64,000 bases of DNA from Octopus bimaculoides (taxonomy: Eukaryota). The notes under the pieces were generated by a model. That model saw only the letters and a list, made by a program, of their open reading frames with translations. It was not told the origin of the DNA and did no database searches. The stretch lies in the NCBI RefSeq assembly GCF_001194135.2, contig NC_068983.1, positions 142,778,264 to 142,842,263 of the forward strand. The letters run 5' to 3'. A program made the position numbers and the translations under genes. Below, piece by piece: positions 23,001-34,700 of this stretch (positions within the stretch are counted from its first letter, which is position 1; every line of letters starts with the position of its first letter).

Positions 23001-26000
23001 TGAGATCTGCCTGCAATACTTCATCCTGTGTCTTCCTGAGTCTCCCTCTTCAACAATATCCCTCTACTTTAAGTGATTGACACTTGTTTATGCAACTATC
23101 CTCTTCCATCTGCTTCAGGTGACCAAACTGGTGCAGTCTCCTCTCTTGCATACTGCATGTAATTCCTATTATGTCTAACTTTTCTCTCAATACAATAGTG
23201 CTGTGTCACACATATACACTGACATTCCAATCTCTTCTTGTTTCAGCCTGGTCAAAAGAAATCAGTTGTTAATAATAAACACCTTGTGAGATTTTTAATG
23301 TTTTGTTTATATGTCAATATTTATTTAATCTTTTAACAAATTTGTTTTTTGTTTGTAACTCAGACCCTGCGGAATTCATACCAAAATTTGATTGCAGACT
23401 TTCGAAAGATCTATGAGAATGTTCAACAAAATGAACCACATGTTAACTTAGATGTGTTATTGGGTCATTTGTGTGAACACCTTGAACACTTTCCAATGGC
23501 TCGCTTAAGAACTATGGATCTGTATCCTTAATACTTTTATATTTATGTGTTTCTGTACCCCTCACTTCTATATTAATTTTTGTTCTTTTTCAGCTCCACA
23601 TGAACCTTGATTGAGTATACCTTGATAGTTATCATTTCTTGACATGACCACCCAATCTTTTTTCAAACATCATGTATCTAGGACTACAACATCTGATATG
23701 TGCATTTTTTCTAAGTTAACAGAGTGTGTTTTGAGGGAGATTTGACTGATGCCTAAAGGAAGACTTGAACTTGGTACCATAAGCTAAAGAACATGAAGAA
23801 TTGATAAAATGAAGTTTTAGTCAATTACTGGGGTACCATGTAAAAGGCACTCTGTCCCCTCTGCTGGGTGGTTAGTATTAGGAAGGGCATCCAGCTATAA
23901 AAGCTATGCCAAAACAGACACACAAGTCCGGTGCAGGATGGAAGGTGGATGTTAAATGATGATGATGATGATGAATTTATCAGCCATTCCTCTCCCGCAA
24001 AGTCCTGGTTTTGTGCCTGCAGTAAAAGCAATTATGAAACAGTGTATGCAATGTTATTAACAAAAAGTTCTTATGTAAAATTATGATGGAAGATTTGAAT
24101 TTGGATTTGAACACTTTAAAATGAAATTTCATGTCCCTGATTGAAAGATGGTCTAAAGTTGGTTGGTATGAAAAGGGTTAAAACTAAATAAATGCTTTGT
24201 ACTTTGAAGTCTTCCTTGACTCTGTTAGCTATGAGCAGCTGACTACTATTGGCAACAATAGAAATTTCAACTATGAAGATCCAGTTATAGTTTGTACTGA
24301 AATTGTTCACACATACCAGAAATGCTTTCATCATCCCTTGTTAAGCCATCTGAAAACAAGCTTTAAGTATGTAAAGAATTTGCTCTTTCCTAGTATTTTT
24401 TTCTTCTGATTGTTAAAATTCTTACTTGATGTGAAGTAAAATAAAAACGCTTTTTCTTTTATTCCATGAAAGAAGTTTATCTCAAAACTAAACCGAACAA
24501 TTTATATGTTGATAGCTTAACGTTCTTTAGTCAAGGGTGGTAGGTGAGGATTTTACAAGTCAAAGGGAGACAATTTATACTTCTGTCTGGTACTGCATTG
24601 TGTCTCCAGGGTACTAATTAATGTATTTTTAACTTTTAGGAAAGGAATACAAGCCTTATCAAAGGATTACTTTTGCTTAGCGATAAGTCAACCCTGATTG
24701 ATTAGACTTATGATTAAAGGCGTTCCACTCACGCCCAGATTATACTGGCATTATTATTATTAGAAATGGGTGAAGCAACTTAAGCCATCCCTATATATAT
24801 ATNNNNNNNNNNNNNNNNNNNNNNNNNNNNNNNNNNNNNNNNNNNNNNNNNNNNNNNNNNNNNNNNNNNNNNNNNNNNNNNNNNNNNNNNNNNNNNNNNN
24901 NNNNNNNNNNNNNNNNNNNNNNNNNNNNNNNNNNNNNNNNNNNNNNNNNNNNNNNNNNNNNNNNNNNNNNNNNNNNNNNNNNNNNNNNNNNNNNNNNNNN
25001 NNNNNNNNNNNNNNNNNNNNNNNNNNNNNNNNNNNNNNNNNNNNNNNNNNNNNNNNNNNNNNNNNNNNNNNNNNNNNNNNNNNNNNNNNNNNNNNNNNNN
25101 NNNNNNNNNNNNNNNNNNNNNNNNNNNNNNNNNNNNNNNNNNNNNNNNNNNNNNNNNNNNNNNNNNNNNNNNNNNNNNNNNNNNNNNNNNNNNNNNNNNN
25201 NNNNNNNNNNNNNNNNNATATGTATATATATATACATATATATTTATTTATATATGGTAAATGAAAGACGGAAGATGGAATATACAAGAATTTCTTATTA
25301 ATCATGACAATTGTTTCGATACATCTCGCATGTGTGTATATATTGTTACGTGTCAGACAAAAGGCATCAGCGAATGAAACAACAACCCGTAGGATTTTAG
25401 ATGTGTATTGATATAAATGAATGGTATAAAACACAGATTGAAGGCAGTTCAAAGCTGTTATAACCATTTGAGTCCAAAACACAAGCTGTCATATGTAGTT
25501 TGAATATATATATCAGTTCTTAATGACAGGTGGATTTCCTTGATTCATTGCGAATCCTCAAAAGGCCATCGAAACAAAAGGGAGGTCACCGTTACCTTTT
25601 CTTCTTGTGTTGTAGTTTACTGTTTATGTCATTAGTAGTAGTAATAAGCCCTTAAAAGGTGATAGTGGTAGAGAGAAAAGAGGAAGGAAGACAGAATGGT
25701 ACTTCATTCTGCGTGTCATTTCAACAGCTGTGAAGAAAGACAGAATGACACTTGACATTTTGAAATGAGCTAGTGATAAACATTAGTCGTCTCTGGTCCT
25801 GGTCATCTCATTAAACTCCCTCCACTAACTGCTCTTGGCTTACGAACCTTCTGTATTTATAATTCTTGCAACACAACAAGAAAGAGGGACATATCACTCT
25901 GAAAACAATGGAAGCTGCTGTAGGTATCTTCCTTATCTCCTGTCAACTATTGTTTGCATAGGAGGGGTTAAATCAGCTTGGTATAGGCCGTGTTTTGGAT

Positions 26001-29000
26001 GTCTCAGCAGTCAATTATTGGTGTCCATGAGCAAGTGCTGTGGTATGTCAAAAGGGAATTATGTAGATTCAGGTTTGAATCAATATGCTTAAATGAAAAT
26101 CCACTTTTTTCTTTCCAAGTAAAACATTTTTGTAATAATATATATTATATATATACATATATATTGTTTGTGTATATATATGCCCAGTTTAATAAACACA
26201 GGATTTGTAGGTAAGCTACTATAAATTTTGTACTTGAATAGTATAGTAATCAGTTGGGCTTGTATTGCATGCTGTGTGCTATCCTGAAAAATTGCGGGCT
26301 AGTACAGGACACACTACTGAAGCCGATCAGATTATTGTACTGCCCAAATATCAAGCATATGGTAGCTCAACTATAAATATTGTGTTTATTATATGATACT
26401 TATCTCTCATTGATTGGAGTATTTTTTTCTTGATACTACCAACAACAAAACAGCACACACATGCACATACCAAGCTTCTGCAGTTGCATCTATCAAATTT
26501 TACTCATAAAGACATCAGTCAATCCAAAATTATGGTAGAAAATACTTGCCCAAGGCACTGTGTAATGGTATTGAATATAGAAGCATGTACTTGCAAACTG
26601 AATTGCTAAACCACTCATCTATGCCTGCACCTATATTTTTAAGTACTTATAGTCATCTATATTTTTATTGATACAGCTACGAGTGTGAAATTATTCAACA
26701 TTTGCTGACCACACAAATTCTAGTTTCAGAACTTGATTATTTACCAGCATTGTTACAACTTCATCAAGCACACACAAAGTTGGCACAATGGGGTACTTGC
26801 TTACCAGCTAAAGAGGTAAACAAAATTCATCTTTTTTCTAATTAAAAAAAAACAAAAAAAACTTGCTTATTTTTCACTTTAAGAAAATTCTTATGTTTCA
26901 AAAACTATAATTTACACATGTGATACAAAGGAACATTTTTATCATTAAACGCATTATGTTGATTTCTGTCTGAGAATTTCATTAAAGTCCCAAGTCTCTG
27001 TTGAAGGCTCAGTCATTTACATTTTAATTCAGTGAATAGGTACTGGAGCAGGCTGGTTACACTTAACACAAAAACTAATGTTAGGGTGCATTGGCATCAT
27101 TATTTGTCGAATCTTCTTTTGAGCAGAGTACTGGTATCTGTTTTATTAACACTGGATAAATGAATGGCAAAATTTGTCCTTGCAGTATTTGCACTCAAAA
27201 TCATGAAGCACCAAATTAAATACTATAAATAATGGTTTCTGTAAGTTGAGTTGCTGAGATCCCAGTCCCCACCCCATCAGCTCCATGAACTACTATATTC
27301 TATCAGAAAAGGAGAAAATAGTCAAGTGACTAAAGTTTTGAATTCAAATTGATTATAAGAATGTTATTGTGTTCAGAGGTAATATACTTAAAACTTCATG
27401 TAACCTTTCATTATGCTATTGAGAAAAAGTATTATATCCAGTAGCAATGATACTTGAGATAAACCAATATCATGTTACTGAGGTCAAATTTGACAACTCC
27501 AGTAAGCACCAGCCCTTAAATATCTCTGGATCATTAACTTTTATAGAATTGTAACAAATTCTAAAATTTGCAAACCAAATTCTTGTGATACGAAGGCATG
27601 AGAAATGTGTAAATGAAATAGCCTTTATTTAATGCTCAAACTTTTTGTTTCTTAGCAAAAGGGTCTTGTCTGAAACATCAAAACATAGTTTCTCGCAGCA
27701 CACAAGCCTATTGGCTTTTTTTCCCCACTGCAAATAAGGAATAATTTCATTGGACTCGTGTTTTTCCTAAATTAACTTTATTTTAAATAATTATCAATAA
27801 TTGATAAAATTCTTGGTGAATTGACTCTTTGACCAATTGCATTTCCAGCCTGAAACTACTTTCTTTGGTAAATGTCTTTCATAAATTCTAAAGTTACATA
27901 TATAATCAAGAAATAAATATAAAATATTTTTTAATAATCAAATTTTTTTGATAGATTTAAAAAAAATTCCTATTTATAATCTTTTTTATTTTGTTCAAAT
28001 TTGATCTGTGTTCTAATAGAAGTGAAATGGTTTTGAGATTAAGATGTTGAATTACTCTCCTCATGGTCATAAGTTAAAAATCTTACTAAAGCCATTGTGT
28101 TTGTACTCTAGAACAATTATATATCATTATTTGCTATAGTAAACAGTTGGTTTTACTTCTACATCATAATTGGGTAGTTTTCAATAAGAAAAGCATTTAA
28201 TTACAAAATTACTCCTACAAAAACCATTCTATTTATGCAAGCATGCAAAGATGGATTTAAAAAGGTAAGAATTGAAGAAAAAATATTGGTGTTTCGTAGA
28301 ACTCATGGGATCCTCAAAAAAACTAGTTTGTTGGGGAGAAAGAGCAAGTGAAAGACAAATGTAATATCGACTGACACTTAGCTTCTTCTGGACTAGTTTA
28401 CATAGCTATACATAGATGTTGTAGGTAGACAATGCTCATCTTTGTAAACAGTGGGAGCACTGCAGTGTTAATAAATGCATTACTATCTTGTAATATTAAA
28501 TCCAAGTCCTGTTGTGGGACTGGAGAAAGCAAAATGATGCTCTGAGTTTAGTTTCAGACCAGTCACTGTTCCAGTTAGAATCTGAACAATGGTTGTCATA
28601 GGCTGCATGTGCTGGCTGATACGCAGCAGTTCAACTTGTCAGCTGAAGATAGGCAATAGCCATGATCCTTTTCAGAATCTTCAAGACTGGTAGAAAGAAT
28701 GGAGGGTGTTATCCTCAGACATGAATGACTCTTAGTTTTGAATGCACACAACAGAATGGACCTCAATCCATCTCCTAGCTCAACACTACCATGATGCCTA
28801 AAAGCAAACGAAAGGCAATGTGATTAGTTGTAATTAGCTGGTTGATAGTTTCAGCCTACAAACCAAAAACTGGCTTCTATACACTTCCATCAACCGAATT
28901 TCATTGGCAAAGCTTTGGTCAATGTGAGGCTATCATGAGAGATAGGTACTCTAGATTCCATATGCTGGAATTGAACATAAAACTAGATAGTTGCGAAGTG

Positions 29001-29730
29001 GACTTCCTGAACCACTTGATCATTGCTGCTGACAATAAAGTCACTTGACTAAAAAGAATTTTGTCAAAGCTTCAGTTTGCATGGCCTGAAGCTACAGTGT
29101 TCTAATAAATAAAATCCCATCTAATAGTTAAACAAACACCTTTATTGATTTTTAAAAACTCTTTTTCTTACTTATTGTCAGCAATAGAGGAAAGACAATG
29201 CAGCTGGTATCATCTAAATATTGTTTAATTATTTCACATAGATAATCAAATAATGACCATGATGCAGCTCTCTCTCTCACACATACACACACACACATAC
29301 ACAAACTCACTCACTCACACATGCACACACACACACAGTTATTATTTGAGACATATGATATTTCAGGTTGAATGTTTCTTTTATGTATTCTTTATATATT
29401 TTTATAATTATCATTGTTATTTTTTTTTCCTTTTATAATTAAATTGTTAATGAGAAAAACGTTTATCTTGATTGAAAATGTTCCAATAGTAGTTTACCAC
29501 TTATTTCTCCTATTTACAAGTTAGCACCAGTGCCCAGTGTTGGTCCTGTAGTGGCCAAATGCACTGTGCCTGCTGCTGACCCTATGGCTCACACTGCTAG
29601 TCGGGTAAGTAGTTACTTGATGCTTTTAAAATTAAAGTCATGATGCTGAAATTGTTGCTATAGAAACACATAGTTGGTATTTTTCAATCAGGATTACTTT
29701 CCTTTCGTTTTATTTTCTTTGTCTAAAAGT

Positions 29731-29768
<38 letters not shown>

Positions 29769-31695
29769 TCACAAACGTCTGTCCATTCAGCCTTCCACAT
29801 CCACACAGTTATAACCCTCACCATACATACACCTACTCATACACACTGTAAAGTCTTGTACAACTATGATGCATTTGAAGTTCCACAAAAGAATTCTTCT
29901 TTGTGCATTGATTCAGGAGAGGATACATGACAGCAGTTGCACTAAACTTTCTTCAAGCCCATGGGAAGACTTGAGATCAGTGCTTGCTGTTGAGTGAGAG
30001 ATAAGTTCCCATTGAGTCGATACTCTGATAGTTTCAGTTTCTGGTTGCAGTTATTTTACATCACATCACTAATGCTCCATTTCCCATCACAACCTTAAGA
30101 CATGAATATCACAACAGCCATTTCTCCTTCTTTTATAAATTAAAGTCTTGGGTTTACTCAGAAGAGAAAGTAGTTATTCAGTGCTACTCTGATACTTAAT
30201 AAAAGTTTAAGTGTCTTTGCCAAGAGCCAGTGAGAAACAAACATGCTTTCAGTCTTGTTACTTGTAAACTCTCTAGTTATATAGCTGATCATTTTTAAAA
30301 CCATGAAGGTACACTACCACCTTGCCCTTGGATTTTTTTTACAGAGTCCACTTTGTTGCAAGTATTTTGACCAAGTCTCCGGTCTAAGGATGACTCACAC
30401 CTTTCCTCACAGTGTCTAGGAGGATGTAAATCAGAAAAACAAAAAAACAAAAATTAAGAAATAAAATCAGTATTTATTATCTAGCAGTTTATTAACATGT
30501 TTTTGCTGTCAGTGTTTATAATCATGCTGCCTGGCATTCTGTATAATCTTATCTTAAAATTTCACAGATCTATATCTGTTTATCATTTGCTCTATGCTAC
30601 AGTCAGCAAGTTAAATGGTAATTTCATTTTTGACTCTTAAACCCTTTAGTGTTCAAATTAATGTCAAAAGTAATCCTTATTCATGTACACGTTAAAAAAT
30701 TAATCTGGTATTATCTTGTAACTTCAAGATTTGAGAGATGTAATTGTTTATTTTTAGAATGACATTGCAGGGTAGATGTGAGATACTGGTTCTGGCCAGT
30801 TTGGGCATAAAAGGAGTAGAATATTTGGTCCGGATATAGCCGGTTTAAACACTAAAGGGTTAAAGAAGTTAATAACTTTCAAAACTGGTAGGGGGCTTAG
30901 TTGGAGTTATGCCATTATTAATATTTTGCATTAAGACTAAATATGGTTTTAAAAATATTAATAGTATGAAGATTAAATATGCTTTTACATAGAGAAACAT
31001 TATACACATTCTTTTATTATTTCATCAGTTCCATTTAGTGTGTGTGTATACATATGCATACTAAATTTTATTCATAAAGTTTAAATTGACCAAAGACTAG
31101 AAGATATTTGCCCATAGTTCTACACACTAGATGTGTGGTTGTGAAGCGAGTTTTTTCACCACACATTCATGCCAGTACATCATGATCATCATCGTTTAAC
31201 ATCCACCTTCCATGCTGGCATGGGTGGAACAGTTTGACAGGAGCCTGAACCAGATTTCTGTGTCTGTTTTGGCAGGATTTTTACAGTTAGATGCCCTTCC
31301 TAACACTAACCACTCAGCAAAGTGGATTAGTGCTTTTTATGTAGCACAAGCACAGGTGAGGTCAGTTTTGGCAAGGTTTTTACAGCTGGATGCTCTTCCA
31401 AATGTCAACCAGTTTACAGTGTGGAGTAGATGCTTTTTAAGTGGTACCTGCACTGACGGGGTTACCAAGTAACTTGCAAGACAAAAATCTCTTGAGAGGG
31501 GAGGGGGCATTGGAAGAGGTAATCTTGTGTTAGATGATGAAAGGTTATAGTGCGACAGAAACAGGTGTCTTGCTGTAGAGAAGATACAAGGTTACCTGGT
31601 CGGAGAGAGAAAGAGATCTGGAATGAGAACAGAAACAGGTGTGTTGCCACAAAGGAGATACTTGGTTACCCAACCTGAGGGAAGTGCAGGAGAAG

Positions 31696-31766
<71 letters not shown>

Positions 31767-34700
31767 AGACAGCTGGATAGAGATGGTAGCAAAGTGCTGG
31801 GCATACTCACAAGGGACAAGGATCAGAATATAAACAGGATGGTCGAGTAAAGACAGAGATAGGTATAGATGGTGGCAAGTGCCAGGGCATACCCTTGAGG
31901 TTTGAAAGTCATAGTATAAATGGCTGGATATTACCAAAGAAGCATGATTAGAAAGTGGTGAGGGGAAGTGAGTGGTGAAAACCTGAGTACATAGAGAGTA
32001 GGGTGGAGCTACCAGATAGCAATGATGCAGAAAAGCAGGGCTGTGAGGACAAGATTGAGAAGTGTGAGTTAGGCATAGTGCATGAAGGAGGAAATGTGAG
32101 GAAGAGAAAAGATGTGAAGATATAAGATTGGTTTGTTGGGTTGTGGTGTGTGAAAAGTTTTCTTGTTATGTGTGGGTGGAACACACAGGTCAGGGGCTAG
32201 CAGATAGCAATGATACAGTGAGACAGGGTCAAGAGAACAGGATTGGGGAGTGACCCATATATATATATATATATATATATAATGATAACAAGAACTTTTG
32301 GATGGAAATTCATAAATCCTTTAATTCATTGCTATGTACATTTTCACAAACCTCATGTTTTAATTGCTGTATTTCCCATCTATAAGATATTACAAATATG
32401 ATTTGCAAAATTTATGGATTTCCAAACCAGTCAAATTTCCAAACCATGAAAGAACATTCTTATTTAGAGCACTTTGATTGTGAGCGAGCAGGACAATTTG
32501 AAAGAATTAAAATACCAGTTAATTCTGTACTCCGAAGTTTCACCATTAACGATTAAATAAATCAATTAATTAATCAATCAATTGATGAATTAACCATCTG
32601 TGGATCTTCAGTAGAATCGCTGGGATATATAATCAAAGTGCTCTAAATAAGAATGTTCTTTCGTGGATTGGGAATTTGACTGCCCTTTTTAGCATGTAAG
32701 AAGACCATGTATAAATTTTATACACTCATATATATTGTAAAAATATTTATGTCTACTGTCATTTTCTTACACGTGCTAGCCACTGGTATAAATTATTATT
32801 TTTAATAATTTTTACCTTTTATATTTAAATATTTTAATTTTGGGGTCAGATAATTCACTGTTGAATTTATATTCACTGCTATATTATTCTGGCTCGGCAC
32901 AATGATTGAGGTCATTTGATTTGAATTCTTGATGTGTAAGGATGAAACTCAGTATGCACATGTTTCCTTTGTGTTTCGGTACAGATAGATATGTAAATGG
33001 AGGGGGAGCAAGACAAAGGCAGAAAGGGAGAGAGAGAGAGGGATATAGGTGAGAGGAAGAAAGAATGTATGAATATTATTGTAAGAAAATGGGATAGTTT
33101 TGTTTGTTTGCATAGAAATCTATGTAAAATTGATGATCAATTATATATGTGTGTGTGCAATCCATTTTAATGGGGTTAGATACCCAAGCGTGTAAGTCAA
33201 GAGTCAAACATTTCAAACTTATTTAACAGAATGTACAGTTTGAGAGTCTTTGATGTTAAGTTCGTTTCTTACTGATAAGTTTAAAAAAAATTTCTGGATG
33301 TTGTGATTTATACCACACTTCTCTATACAAAACATAACAGAAAATATTTTTAAAGTACTCTTCTCATGTGAAGAGCTGCATCTCTCTATGGTTTACATTA
33401 CAATGATTTCAGCATCTTCACACCACTATATTATTAATATAAGCACTATTAGTAGCCTGAAACTATATCTATTGTACTTGTAGCTTGTTATTGTATGTGG
33501 CTCAGTTCTTTCCTTTATGTTTTCTAATTATTTTGATGTTGTAATCGTATATATAAACAATGATGAGAGAGAGAGAGAGGAATACTAATGTTCCATGTAA
33601 TCTCTAATAATCTGTGTAAAAAAATGCTATAATGTGCAAATTCCTCTTCTCTTCCTGTGATAAAACAAATAATGTAGGAAATACCTTTTTTCAGATTGCA
33701 CTAGAGTATGCCTTTATTTTAGTTTTTACATTGTCTTTATTTTTAACTGAATAAAATACAGCTGTATATTTAACATCATTAATATTAGGAATGCTGAAAT
33801 AGTAAGACATTGATTTATATTAATACGCAGTGAATAGGAATTAGTTTATTAAATGTGTTGTTTTTGCTGTTATTGTTGTGGCTGTCACCATCACCTACCA
33901 CCACTGTCGTTGCTACCATTGTTGTATATTATTGGTCCTTCTTGACTTCATCCAGTTTTTTAAAATGTGTTGAAGAAAAGTTGAAAATGGATTTGTCAAA
34001 ACTGATATATATATATATATATATAATTATGCACATGTATGAATTAAAATTGTTATTAAAAGAAGTATATAAATGGCTGATCTCAAAATGTTGAGCCTCT
34101 TGGAGGAAATGACAATAGATTGAAATGATTGATGATTTGTTATACCCAAGAAGACCTGTTCATCTTGACAAAAGTGAAGCTCTAAAAGCATTATGTTTAT
34201 ACACTCACTGGGCACCCTGTCTATCCCTGTCAAGCCTTCCCAACCCCCTCCTCTTTCTAACACCCATACCTCTACTCATCTGTATTCATTATTCAGCTGC
34301 TATAATTATATGAGCAGAGTATGCACATACTTAATCCTCACTTGTGCTGCAAGTTGCCTCCCCTTCTCCCTGGCACTATTTCCTTCTAAAATCCATCCCT
34401 TATTCCCAGTATCACCCCTTTCCACTTTATTATCTACTAATAACACTTTTCCAAGCCTTCAGTTATCTCTCCCTCTCCTCTGAATTGCATCTTAGGACTG
34501 CTATGCCTCATCTTTAATACCCTCTTGTATCTGCTATCATTCTCAGCACACTCTCATATCAGCTGTTGATAACCTCCCCCAACTTTGTCACTGATTCACT
34601 GTAGACATCCCTTTGTACCTCTGTCATCCATCTCTGTCACTGTACATCTGTCTGTCTGTCTCTCCTACCACCCTCCACATCATCTCCCTATTTTCTGATC

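Noticed and set aside
31545-31937. ORFs with ER or LS runs
   Set aside because: Translations of the (GA)n microsatellite.
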